Origin: Vicinamibacterales bacterium
GTDB taxonomy: Bacteria > Acidobacteriota > Vicinamibacteria > Vicinamibacterales > JAMQPK01
Assembly: GCA_963850725.1 (NCBI GenBank)
Contig: CAWKMQ010000018.1
Coordinates: 191,128 to 255,127, forward strand
Length of the DNA stretch: 64,000 nt
Direction of reading: 5' to 3'
Part shown: positions 17,979-26,953 of the stretch, piece by piece
Position numbering within the stretch: position 1 is the stretch's first letter
Layout: every line of letters starts with the position of its first letter
Program-made: the position numbers and the translations under genes
Notes under the pieces: model-generated
Databases searched by the model: none
Seen by the model: the letters and a program-made list of their open reading frames with translations, nothing else
Told to the model about the DNA's origin: nothing

Positions 17979-18926
17979 ATGAAAACACAACTCTTCGTCT
18001 TTACGCTGTTCGTGACGGCAGCATCGCCCTCGTTCGCGCAGTCGTGGGCGCCGCCGAGCGACGCCCAGCGCTGCCCGTCGAAGTGGGGCGCGAACGACCA
18101 GCGCGGGTCGGGGAATCACATGAAACCCGAGAGCGTGCTGCGGGCGGTCAAGCTCATCCGTACCGGTGAGGTCATCGAGCTGGGACGCGTGCTCAGGACC
18201 GACATGCCGTTTTCGGTCGGCCGCCGGTTCGAGATGCACACCAAGCGGACGAACATGAACACCGGTTCGAACCGGCGCGGCAGCAACGAAGAGATCATGT
18301 TCACCGAGATGGGGCAGGTCGGCACGCAGTTCGACGGCTTCACGCACCAGACGATCGGCGACAGCCTCTACAACTGCGTGAAGATGGACGATGTGGCGAC
18401 GCGCGGCGGGTTTACGAAGCTGGGCATCGAGAACGTCGGGTCGCTCATCACGCGCGGCGTGCTCATCGACGTGGCGGCGCTGAAGGGCGTCGAGATGCTG
18501 CCCGCGACCTATCCCATTACCGTGGCCGATCTGCAGGCCGCGCTGCAGCGCCAGAAGATCGCGCTGCAGCCGGGCGATGCGGTCATCGTCAATAGCGGCT
18601 GGGGCCGGTTGTGGGACACCGAGGGAGAGCGCTACCTCAAGACGAATCCGGGGCTCACGACGGCGGCCGCGGAGTGGCTGGCCAAACAGGATCCCATGCT
18701 CATCGGCATGGACAACGGGCCGGTGAGCGTCACGCCCGACCCCGATCCGAATCTGAACAACCCGGTGCATCAGATCGCGCTCGTCGTGCATGGCATTCAT
18801 CTGCTCGAGAACCTGAAGCTCGACGAGCTGGCCGGCAAGCAGGTGTACGAGTTCGCGTTCGTCATGCAGCCGCTCAAGATCAAAGGAGCGACGGGATCGA
18901 CCGTCGCGCCGATCGCGGTCCGGTAA
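17979..18926 (+). CDS. Cyclase-family protein (kynurenine-formamidase-like metal hydrolase fold), exported
   Basis: In-frame ATG within track ORF 17934..18926. Signal peptide MKTQLFVFTLFVTAASPSFAQ. Motifs WGANDQRGSGNH and GTQFDGFTHQ. Confidence 0.8.
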   Translation: MKTQLFVFTLFVTAASPSFAQSWAPPSDAQRCPSKWGANDQRGSGNHMKPESVLRAVKLIRTGEVIELGRVLRTDMPFSVGRRFEMHTKRTNMNTGSNRRGSNEEIMFTEMGQVGTQFDGFTHQTIGDSLYNCVKMDDVATRGGFTKLGIENVGSLITRGVLIDVAALKGVEMLPATYPITVADLQAALQRQKIALQPGDAVIVNSGWGRLWDTEGERYLKTNPGLTTAAAEWLAKQDPMLIGMDNGPVSVTPDPDPNLNNPVHQIALVVHGIHLLENLKLDELAGKQVYEFAFVMQPLKIKGATGSTVAPIAVR

Positions 18927-18988
18927 CGCACGAAGACACGGAACCACGAAGGCACGAAGAGACGCACACGAACGAGCACGAAGGTCGA
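18927..18988. repeat. Word array, core CACGAAG (5 units of 9-13 bp)
   Basis: cgcacgaagacacggaaccacgaaggcacgaagagacgcacacgaacgagcacgaaggtcgag starts directly after the stop at 18924-18926. Confidence 0.7.
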
Positions 18989-19035
18989 GAACTCAGCGTC
19001 TTTGCGAGCTCTCGTCGCTGGTGGCAGGTGTTCAT

Positions 19036-20951
19036 ATGAACGTTCGAACCATGCTTCCGCTCGCCCTGGCGATTGCGGTTCGATAGCCGTGACACCGCAC
19101 ATCACCACGCTCCGCGGCCAGAGCGGGCCCAGGCTCTACACGACCTGGAGCCAGCCGGGCGGCAGCATCGAAGGGGCGCAGTACTCCGCGCTCAAGCAGA
19201 TCGACAAGACGAACGTTCATCAGCTCGAGCTGCAATGGTTCTTTCCCGCGCCTGGTCCCATCGGCCGGTTCGCCTTCAGCCCGCTCGTCGTCGACAACGT
19301 GATGTACGTCGTCGGCAAGGACAATGCGGTCTTCGCCCTCGATGCCGTGACGGGGAAGGAAATCTGGCGGTTCGATACCGAAGGGACGCCGACCAACCGC
19401 GGCTTCAACTACTGGGAAAACACCGATCGTTCCGATCGCCGCCTCATCTTCGCGTCGCGCAGCTACCTTCAGGAGATCGATGCGCGAACCGGGAAGCCGA
19501 TCGCGAGCTTTGGCGCCAACGGCCTCGTGAACCTGCGCGAGGGCCTCGGCCGCACCCCGCTGCCCACGGGTGGCGCGCAATCGGGATCGCCCGGTCAGGT
19601 CTGGGGCAATCTGCTCGTGCTCGGTTCGGCTCCCGGAGAGGGCTACAACTCACCGCCCGGCGACATCCGGGCGTTCGACGTGCAGACCGGCAAGCTGGTG
19701 TGGACGTTCCACACGATTCCCCGGCCCGGCGAGTTCGGCTACGACACGTGGCCGCCCGACGCGTGGAAGACGGCCGGCGGCGCCAACACCTGGGCCGAGT
19801 TCGCGATCGACGAGAAACGCGGCATCGGGTATTTCCCAACGGGATCGCCGACGTTCGATCTGTGGGGCGGCGATCGAAAAGGCAACAACCTCTTCGGCAA
19901 CACGCTCCTCGCCCTCGATCTGCGCACGGGCAAGCGTCTCTGGCACTATCAAGCGCTTCATCACGATCTGTGGGACTACGATCTGGTGACCGGACCGAAG
20001 CTGCTGACGGTGAAGCTGAACGGGAAGCCGGTGGACATCGTCGCGCAGGCGACGAAGTACGGCTTGCTGTTCGTGTTCGATCGCGTCACCGGCAAGCCGA
20101 TCTGGCCCATCGAAGAACGGCCCGTCCCGCAGAGCGACGTGCCCGGCGAGCAGTCGTCGCCGACCCAGCCCTTTCCGACCCGACCCGCGCCGTTCGCACG
20201 GCTGAAGTTCACCGAGGCGGATGTGAACCCGTACCTCGACGCCGACGAGCGTCAGCGGATTCTCGAGATCGTGCGCACGTCGCGCAATGAAGGGATCTTC
20301 ACGCCGCTCAGCATCACGCGGCGTCAGATTTCAGTGCCCGGCGAGCTCGGCGGCGCCAACTGGGGCGGGGCTGCCGCGGATCCCGAAACCGGGATGCTGT
20401 ACGTGCGCTCGGCCGATCAGCCCGCCCTGCACGAGCCGATGACGCTCGTGGAAGACAGCGAAGCCGTCAGCCGGATGGCGCCGCAGCCACGCTACACGGG
20501 GCGTCTCGGATCGATGTTCTTCGCGTCGAACGGCCTGAACGCGATGAGCCCGCCCTGGGCGCAGATTACCGCGTACGATTTGAACAGCGGCGCGATCAAG
20601 TGGCAGGCGCCGTTCGGCGTCGTGCCGTCGCTCGCCGCGAAAGGCATCACGAACACCGGGAACAACTATCGCGCGCACAGGAACGGACCTGTCGTCACGG
20701 CGGGCGGATTGATTTTCATCGCGCACTTCGCCGATCGCACCGTTCGCGCCTACGACAAAGACAACGGGAAAATTCTCTGGGAGAAGAAGATGCCCCCCAA
20801 CTTCGCGGGCATCCCCTCCGTGTATGAGGTCAACGGACGGCAGTTCGTCGCCTTCTACGGCAGCAGCTTCGAGAGCCCGGCCGACGGCAACATCGCATGG
20901 GAAGGCGGGGAGCCCGGGTCGCAAGGGTATTACGTGTTTGCACTGGCGTAG
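19036..20951 (+). pseudogene. PQQ-dependent dehydrogenase (glucose/quinate/shikimate-type 8-bladed propeller), soluble periplasmic; one indel after the signal peptide
   Basis: The body is intact in track ORF 19002..20951 (..YSALKQIDKTNVHQLELQWFF..VVDNVMYVVGKDNAVFALDAVTGKEIWRF..). The signal peptide MNVRTMLPLALAIAV starts at ATG 19036 in frame 1, and the join is near 19080. Confidence 0.85.
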
Positions 20952-21062
20952 AAAGTAGAAAGTAGAAAAGTAGAAAGTGAAAAGTAGGAAAGTAAGCGAA
21001 GCAGGCGCCCGATGACTTTCAAACTTCCTTTTTACTTTTCCCTTTTCACTTTCTACTTTCTC
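20949..21062. repeat. Word-array hairpin (GTAGAAAG word) spanning the stop of one gene and the start of the next
   Basis: The 5' arm is tagaaagtagaaagtagaaaagtagaaagtgaaaagtaggaaagtaag. The loop contains ATG 21012. The 3' arm acttcctttttacttttcccttttcactttctactttctc includes a 17-nt exact complement of the 5' arm. The same word occurs at 55497..55613. Confidence 0.8.
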
Positions 21063-22257
21063 TGCGCTCCTGCCGCCAGCGCGCAATCCACCGACTGGCC
21101 CCAGTTCCGCGGTCCGGACGGGCAGGGGCACTCGACGGAAACCAACCTGCCGCTCGAGTGGAGCGAGACGAAGAACGTCGCCTGGAAGACCGCCATCCGC
21201 GGCCGCGGATGGTCGTCGCCGGTCGTGGCCGACGGCCGTGTCTGGGTGACGACGTCTGTCGAGCAGGCGCGCAGTGCGTCGCTGCGCGCGCTGGCGTTCG
21301 ATGTCGAAAGCGGCCGCGAGATCGTCAACGTCGAGGTGTTCCGGCTGTCGAATGCCACGCTGAAGAATCCCAAGAACAGCAACGCGTCTCCCACTCCGAT
21401 CGTCGAAGGCAACCGCGTCTACCTCCACTTCGGCGCCGATGGCACCGCGGCGATCGATGCCGCGACGGGAGCGGTCGTCTGGAAGGCGCAGTTTCCCTAT
21501 GAGTCGCAGCATGGCGCCGGCGGGTCGCCGGCGCTGTACAAGGATTTGCTGATTTTCAGCGGCGACGGTCACTACGAAGCCTGGGTCGTCGCGCTCGACA
21601 AGAACACCGGCAAGGTGCGGTGGAAAACAGAGCGCCGGAAGCCCTTCGCCCAGGCCTATACGACGCCGCTGGTGATTTCCGTCGGCGGGCGCGATCAGGT
21701 CGTCAGCGTCGGCGCGTTCCGGGCGGAGGCCTACAATCCCGAGACCGGCAAGGAAATCTGGTACGTGCGCTACGAGGACGGATTTTCGAATGTGCCCACG
21801 GCCGGTGTTCGGGCACGGCCTCGTGTACATCACGACCGGATTTTTCGAGCCCGCGGTCCTGGCGGTCCGGGCCGATGGAACGGGCGACGTCACGTCGACG
21901 CACAAGGCCTGGTCGATCTCGCGCGGTGCCCCCTTCACACCCTCGCCCATTCTCGTCGGCGACGAGCTGTACATCGTCAGCGATCTCGGCATCCTCTCGT
22001 GCGTCGATGCGAAGACGGGCAAGGTGCTCTGGCAGCAACGGCTGGGGGGCAATCATTCGGCGTCACCGATTTTCGCCGACGGCCGTCTTTACTTTCTCAG
22101 TGAAGAGGGCGTGGCCACGGTGATTGCGCCGGGAAAGACGTTCCAGAAGCTTGCCGTCAACGAGCTCGACGGCGCCACGCTCGCCTCGATGGCCGTCGCG
22201 CGCGGCTCCTTCTTCATCCGCAGCCTCACGCATCTCTACAGAATCACAGCGGGATAA
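21012..22257 (+). pseudogene. PQQ-like (BamB-like) beta-propeller repeat protein, exported; one frame change
   Basis: ORF 21012.. (frame 3: ..STDWPQFRGPDGQGHS..VAWKTAIRGRGWSSPVVADGRVWV..) joins ORF 21790..22257 (frame 1: ..PVFGHGLVYITTGF..DAKTGKVLWQQRLGG..) near 21790. Confidence 0.8.
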
Positions 22258-22260
22258 GAC

Positions 22261-22330
22261 GGGGTCGAGGTTTCTGGACCTCCTCGAAAACCCCTCCCGA
22301 CCCTGCCGTACTGCGCGCCCTGCAGGGTCG
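22261..22330 (+). terminator. Two consecutive GC-rich hairpins (possible terminator, no U-tract)
   Basis: Hairpin 1 is 22261-22294 (GGGG+TCGAGG / CCTCGA+CCCC). Hairpin 2 has a perfect 9-bp stem, 22298-22306 with 22322-22330. Both lie just after the stop at 22257. Confidence 0.35.
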
Positions 22331-22366
22331 CAGTAGAATGCGCCACTGATGATCTGGAGGCTTGCC

Positions 22367-23378
22367 ATGACGCGCCTGTTGACGATCGGTGTGCTCGCGT
22401 TGATGCCCGTGCAGGTGTTCGCCCAGGGGGCCGCCGCCGCCGACGCCGTCCGATATCAAGCCGGGCAGCATCACCTGCGAGGACGTGCCGTATCCGTATC
22501 CGGTGTCCTATCTGCCGATGACGCTGTACGGGCAGGACATCCGGATGGCCTACATGGACGTCCCGGCGCAGGGCCAGCCGAACGGCAAGACGGTCGTGCT
22601 CTTCCACGGGATGAATTTCGCCGGCTTCTACTGGGGCGGGCCGATCGACGCGTTGAGGAAAGAAGGCTTTCGCGTGGTCGTGCCCGATCAGATCGGCTTC
22701 GGCCGGTCGTCCAAGCCGATCATTCCTTACAACTTCCACGACATGGCGCGGAACACGTCCCTGCTCCTGCAGCACCTCAAGATCGACAAGGTGTTCATCG
22801 TCGGTCATTCGATGGGCGGCATGCTGGCGGCGCGATTCGCGACGCAGTATCCCGACGTGGCCGAACGCGTCGTCATCTACAACCCGATTGGCCTCCTCGA
22901 TCCGCGCTACGAGCGCCCGTGGGGCAGCATCGACGAAGCGTACAAGCGGAATCTGAGCACCACCTACCAGCAGATTCACGCCGGCATCTTCCGCTACTTC
23001 TCGCACAACCCGGCGGCGTGGAAGCCGGAGTTCGACAAGTATCCGCGCATCCGTTACGCCTGGACGCTGAGCGCCGACTGGCCGCGCTACGCCATGGTGC
23101 AGGCGCTGCTCGGGCAGATGACGTATCTCGACCCCGTGATCAACGACTGGGCGCACATCAAGGCGCCCACGCTCGTGTTCGGAGGGGCCGAGGACAGCCT
23201 CGCCGGACCGGCGAGCGTCTTTCAGGAGCGGATGAAGTTCATCGCAGACACGATTCCCAACGGCAAGGGCAAGCTGCATCTGATCCCGGGACTGGGACAC
23301 GTCCCGCACTTCGAGGCGCCGGAGAAAACATATCCGCCGCTCATCGCATTTCTCAAGGAAGGGTTGACGGCGAAATGA
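22367..23378 (+). pseudogene. Alpha/beta hydrolase, exported; one frame change after the signal peptide
   Basis: Signal peptide MTRLLTIGVLALMPVQVFAQG (frame 2). The body is in track ORF 22485..23378 (frame 3: ..VVLFHGMNFAGFYW..VGHSMGGMLAARFA..LGHVPHFE). The join is near 22435. Confidence 0.8.
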
Positions 23379-24082
23379 ATCTCAAGAATGCAACGGCGCT
23401 CATCACCGGCGGTTCGAGCGGCATCGGGCTCGCCATCGCGCAAACGCTGGCCGAGGCCGGATCGCGCGTCGCGATTACGGGCCGCGACGAAGGCCGGCTG
23501 AAAGAGGCGGCGAAGACCGTCTCGGCGCACGCGATCAAGGCCGACGTCGGGAGCGAGGAAGACGTCAAGCGCACCTACCGCGAGTTCTTCGACAAGTTCG
23601 GCCACCTCGACATCCTGGTCAACAGCGCCGGCTTCGGCGTGCGCCGGCAGCTCGTCGACATGGATCTGGCGAAGTTCGAGGCCATCTTCCGGACCAATGT
23701 GACGGGCACCATGCTGATGTCGCGCGAAGCGGCGAAGCACTTCATCGAGCGCAAGCGCGGCAACATCGTCAATCTCGCGTCGACGGCCGCGCTCCGTGGC
23801 GCGGCCAACGGCACGGCCTACTACGGCAGCAAGTTCGCGGTCCGCGGCATGACCGAATGCTGGCGCGCGGAGCTGCGGCAGCACAACGTCCGCGTGTTCC
23901 TCGTCAATCCGAGCGAAGTGCTGACCAGCTTCGCCGCCAACGCCGGCTTCAGTCAGGACGACAACAACCCGACGAAGCTGCTGTCGGAAGACATCGCGCA
24001 TGCGGTGAAGGCGGCGCTCGAGATGAACGACCGCGGGTTTACGGTCGAGTTCACGGTCTTTGCCACCAATCCCAAAGACTAG
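23375..24082 (+). CDS. SDR family oxidoreductase
   Basis: Start overlaps the previous stop (ATGA). Motifs TGGSSGIGLAIA, NSAG and YYGSKFAV (YxxxK). It is in frame within the long track ORF 22349..24082. Confidence 0.9.
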   Translation: MNLKNATALITGGSSGIGLAIAQTLAEAGSRVAITGRDEGRLKEAAKTVSAHAIKADVGSEEDVKRTYREFFDKFGHLDILVNSAGFGVRRQLVDMDLAKFEAIFRTNVTGTMLMSREAAKHFIERKRGNIVNLASTAALRGAANGTAYYGSKFAVRGMTECWRAELRQHNVRVFLVNPSEVLTSFAANAGFSQDDNNPTKLLSEDIAHAVKAALEMNDRGFTVEFTVFATNPKD

Positions 24083-24095
24083 GCCACGAGCGCCG

Positions 24096-24560
24096 TTGAG
24101 CATTCACGAAGCACACATGCGCGAGGTGTTCTCGGTGGCGCGGCGGGCGCGCGCGCACGGGAATCGTCCGTTCGGCGCGCTGCTGGTCGCCGGGAACGGA
24201 GCGATCCTCGCGGCGGCGGAAAACAGCCAGCTGACCGACGGCCAGATTCTGGCGCACGCGGAGATGAACCTGCTGCACCGGGCGGTCCGGGAGTTCGGCG
24301 CCGACGTGCTCGAGCAGGCCACCTTGTATACGAGCGCTGAGCCGTGCGCGATGTGCGCGGGCGCGATCTTCTGGAGTGGTATCGGCAGGCTGGTGTACGG
24401 ACTCAGCGGCAATCGACTGCACGAGCTCTCGGGCTTTACGCCGCAGATGCTCGTGGCCAGCGCGCGCGACGTGCTGTCGAGCGCGGGCCGGCAGGTCGAA
24501 ATCGTTGGCCCGTTGTTCGAAGCCGAAGCCGCGTCGCTGTTCGAGGGAGGCGTGGTGTGA
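24096..24560 (+). CDS. Nucleoside/guanine deaminase family (CMP/dCMP-type zinc deaminase)
   Basis: Motifs HAEMNLL and PCAMCAGAI. The start is uncertain: TTG 24096 is preferred, with ATG 24117 or the track start 24060 as alternatives. Confidence 0.8.
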   Translation: MSIHEAHMREVFSVARRARAHGNRPFGALLVAGNGAILAAAENSQLTDGQILAHAEMNLLHRAVREFGADVLEQATLYTSAEPCAMCAGAIFWSGIGRLVYGLSGNRLHELSGFTPQMLVASARDVLSSAGRQVEIVGPLFEAEAASLFEGGVV

Positions 24561-24973
24561 CGCTCAGGCCGCGGCGGGTGCTCGAGACGGCCGTGTATTG
24601 CGACGATCTCTCGCGCACGACCGGTTTCTACCGCGACCTGCTCGCGACAGACCCCATGCTTGCGGTCGAGCGGGTGGTGGCGTTCGATGCGGGAGAGGGA
24701 ACGGTGCTGCTCCTCTTCCAGCGGGGCGCGTCGGATCACGCGTTCCACACGTCTGGTGGCGTCGTGCCCGGGCATACGAGCACCGGGCCCGCGCACATTG
24801 CGTTTGCGATCGACAAGGCAGACGTGCCCACATGGCTCGAAAGGCTGGAGACGCTGCACATCGCCATCGAGAGCCGCGTGGACTGGCCGCGCGGCGGGCA
24901 CAGCATCTACTTTCGCGATCCCGACGGACGCTCGGTCGAGCTGGCCACGCCAGGCACGTGGGCGAGCTACTGA
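24557..24973 (+). CDS. VOC (glyoxalase/bleomycin-resistance/dioxygenase) family protein
   Basis: GTG start overlaps the deaminase stop (GTGA). Sequence ..VLETAVYCDDLSRTTGFYRDLL..HIAFAI..GGHSIYFRDPDGRSVELATP. It is the tail of track ORF 24344..24973. Confidence 0.75.
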   Translation: MTLRPRRVLETAVYCDDLSRTTGFYRDLLATDPMLAVERVVAFDAGEGTVLLLFQRGASDHAFHTSGGVVPGHTSTGPAHIAFAIDKADVPTWLERLETLHIAIESRVDWPRGGHSIYFRDPDGRSVELATPGTWASY

Positions 24974-25018
24974 GACTCGATCTCGGTTCGCACCTTCCGG
25001 TTGAGATCTCGTCGCACA

Positions 25019-25048
25019 TTGGGATCGGAGCCGGCCGGCCGATATAAT
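25019..25048 (+). promoter_or_regulatory. Candidate sigma70-type promoter of the ferritin gene
   Basis: TTGGGA (25019-25024), an 18-nt spacer, then a perfect TATAAT (25043-25048). RBS AAGGAG at 25061-25066 and start at 25072. Confidence 0.4.
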
Positions 25049-25071
25049 CGGCCACAGACAAGGAGACTCCC

Positions 25072-25566
25072 GTGTTAATCAGCCCCAAGCTCGCGAAAGC
25101 GTTCAACGAACAAATCGGTCACGAATTCGGTGCCAGCCTGCAATACATCGCCATCGCGGCGCATTTCTATCAGCGCTCGCTGACGCTCATGGCGAAGCTG
25201 TTCGGCGACCAGGCCGAGGAAGAGAAGCAGCACGCGATGAAGTTCGTCAAGTACCTGCAGGACACCAGCGGCGGACTGCAGATTCCGTCGATCCCCGCGC
25301 CCACGCCCACGTTCGCTTCGGCCGAAGAAGCCGTGCAGGCCGCCTTGAACTGGGAGAGGGACGTCACAAAGCAGGTCACGTCGCTGATGGATCTGGCCAT
25401 CAAGGAGAACGATTACCTCGCGCAGAGCTTTCTGCAGTGGTTCATCGACGAGCAGCTCGAGGAAGTCGTCAAGATGGAGCGCATCCTGAGCGTCGTCAAG
25501 CAGTCCGGCGAGAAGAACCTGCTGATGGTCGAGGCCTACCTCATCCACATCGAGAAAGCTCATTGA
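25072..25566 (+). CDS. Ferritin (non-haem, Ftn-like)
   Basis: Intact 164-aa ORF with a GTG start. Sequence NEQIGHEFGASLQYIAIAAHF..EEEKQHAMKFVKYL..FLQWFIDEQLEEV shows the ferroxidase-centre pattern. Confidence 0.9.
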   Translation: MLISPKLAKAFNEQIGHEFGASLQYIAIAAHFYQRSLTLMAKLFGDQAEEEKQHAMKFVKYLQDTSGGLQIPSIPAPTPTFASAEEAVQAALNWERDVTKQVTSLMDLAIKENDYLAQSFLQWFIDEQLEEVVKMERILSVVKQSGEKNLLMVEAYLIHIEKAH

Positions 25567-26081
25567 TCGAGCGGCACTACCTCGACGATTGCCTTGTCCA
25601 GCTGCGCAAGCTCAAGACGCAGGTGGACAAGGCCATCGCGCAGATCGACGATCGGCAGTTCTTCGCCGCGCTCGACCCCGAGGCCAACAGCATCGCGCTC
25701 CTGATGAAGCACATCTCGGGCAATATCCGTTCGCGCTCGACCGACTTCCTGACGACCGACGGCGAAAAGCCCAATCGGAATCGAGACGGCGAATTCGAGC
25801 TCGGCGGCGAGGACACGCGCGCGGCCATCCAGTCGCGATGGGAGGAGAGCTGGCGGCTGTTGTTCGAGACGATTGGCTCGCTTCAGCCCGGGGATCTCGA
25901 GAAGACCGTCACGATTCGGGGAGAAGCCCACACGGTCGTGCAGGCGTTGAACCGCCAGGTGTCGCACTATTCAGCCCACGTCGGCCAGATCGTGCTGCTC
26001 GCCAAGCACTTCGCGGGGGCGCGCTGGCAGACGCTGAGCATACCGCGGAGGAAAGCACCGGTTCAGGGTTCCGGGTGCTAG
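25563..26081 (+). CDS. DUF1572 / DinB-like family protein
   Basis: TTG start overlaps the ferritin stop. Sequence ..LMKHISGNIRSRSTDFLTTDGEKPNRNRDGEF..VSHYSAHVGQIVLLAKHF. The last codons (..VQGSGC) run into the GGTTCYRG word array. Confidence 0.6.
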   Translation: MIERHYLDDCLVQLRKLKTQVDKAIAQIDDRQFFAALDPEANSIALLMKHISGNIRSRSTDFLTTDGEKPNRNRDGEFELGGEDTRAAIQSRWEESWRLLFETIGSLQPGDLEKTVTIRGEAHTVVQALNRQVSHYSAHVGQIVLLAKHFAGARWQTLSIPRRKAPVQGSGC

Positions 26082-26236
26082 GTTCTAGGTTCCGGTTCTG
26101 AACCTGCTAGCCTGGGCAGATTCACGTATCTGGTTCAGGCGGACCGCGTGAACGTCCGGCTAAAGCCGGACACTACGTATCCACGGCACCGAACCTGGAA
26201 CCGGAACCCAGAACCTAGCACCCAGAACCCAGAACC
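26061..26236. repeat. Word-array long hairpin (GGTTCYRG word) with a REP element in its loop
   Basis: Segment 26066-26098 is complementary to 26198-26230 (33 nt, 2 mismatches by hand alignment). The 99-nt loop carries the REP copy at 26124..26179. The hairpin fills the gap between the convergent stops at 26081 and 26240. Confidence 0.8.
26124..26179. repeat. REP-like element, doublet with a degenerate first hairpin
   Basis: acgtatctggttcaggcggaccgcgtgaacgtccggctaaagccggacactacgta aligns to the reverse complement of the doublet at 45971..46030. The track ORF 26148.. (MNVRLKPDTTY..) is its translation artefact. Confidence 0.8.
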
Positions 26237-26239
26237 GCT

Positions 26240-26909
26240 CTATCCTTCCACGCCTCGCATCCGGCTGAGGTGCATCTCCAGCTCTTTCAGCCGTTGCTGC
26301 TCCTCCTTCAGCCGCGCGATCTCGGCCTTGCGCATGCGGTCGAATCCACCATCGAGAATGAACTGCACCACCTGATGCAGCTCGCCGCGATCGAGGAACG
26401 TGCCGTGGCCGCCGCACGTGTCGACGATCGCGCCCGAGAGGCGGCCGAAATTCTGGCGGTTCATCATCTTGCCGCACTGCGGGACAGGGCCGGTACCGGA
26501 TCCGATCGGCCGGCGACGGCACGTGAGCGGTGGCCTTGCGCGGTTCGACGCTCTTCTGCGCCATGATCGCCTGCTGCTCGCGTTGCGCGCACAGGCGGTC
26601 GAAGCTGGCGGCCTCGATCCATGTGCCGTCGCAGCTCGCGCACTCGAGCAGATCGACGTCGCCCACGCGGATCCAGTGCATGTCCCCCCGGCACGCCGGG
26701 CATTTGGTCGAGTGTGGCTGGGTCTCTTCGGATCGGCTGCGTGCCGAGCCGCACGACGGACAGAACGCCGCCCCCTGGAAGAGCAGGTTCAGGCACACCG
26801 GGCACCCGATGGCCGCGAGACGCGACTGGCAGTACGCGCACCGGCCGGCGTCGGGCGCGGCCGGCGCGCCGCAGCTCGGACACCGGAGGGTCGCCACACT
26901 GGTCTGCAC
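26240..26909 (-). pseudogene. Multi-zinc-ribbon protein with two zf-TFIIB-type domains (YdjG-like), one frame change
   Basis: ORF 26160..26909 has CPSCG..CAYC, CPVC..CPSCG and CPACRGDMHWIRVGDVDLLECASCDGTWIE. It joins ORF 26240..26467 (..MMNRQNFGRLSGAIVDTCGGHGTFLDRGELHQVV.. plus a coiled-coil tail) near 26470. Confidence 0.7.
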
Positions 26910-26953
26910 GATCTGTGTATCGGCGTGTTGGCCTGGGGCCGATAACAGGAGGC

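Noticed and set aside
22291-22303. Shared 10-mer CTCCCGACCC at 22294 and 33964 as a further repeat family
   Set aside because: There are only two copies. A rough composition-based expectation for a C-rich 10-mer in 128 kb of two-strand sequence is not far below one, so this is not significant on present evidence.
26148-26375. Track ORF MNVRLKPDTTY.. and ORF 45977..46825 (MSGFSRTSRGPPEGGHYV..) as genes
   Set aside because: Their N-termini are literal translations of the REP-like palindrome. The remainder is antisense to, or overlaps, real genes.
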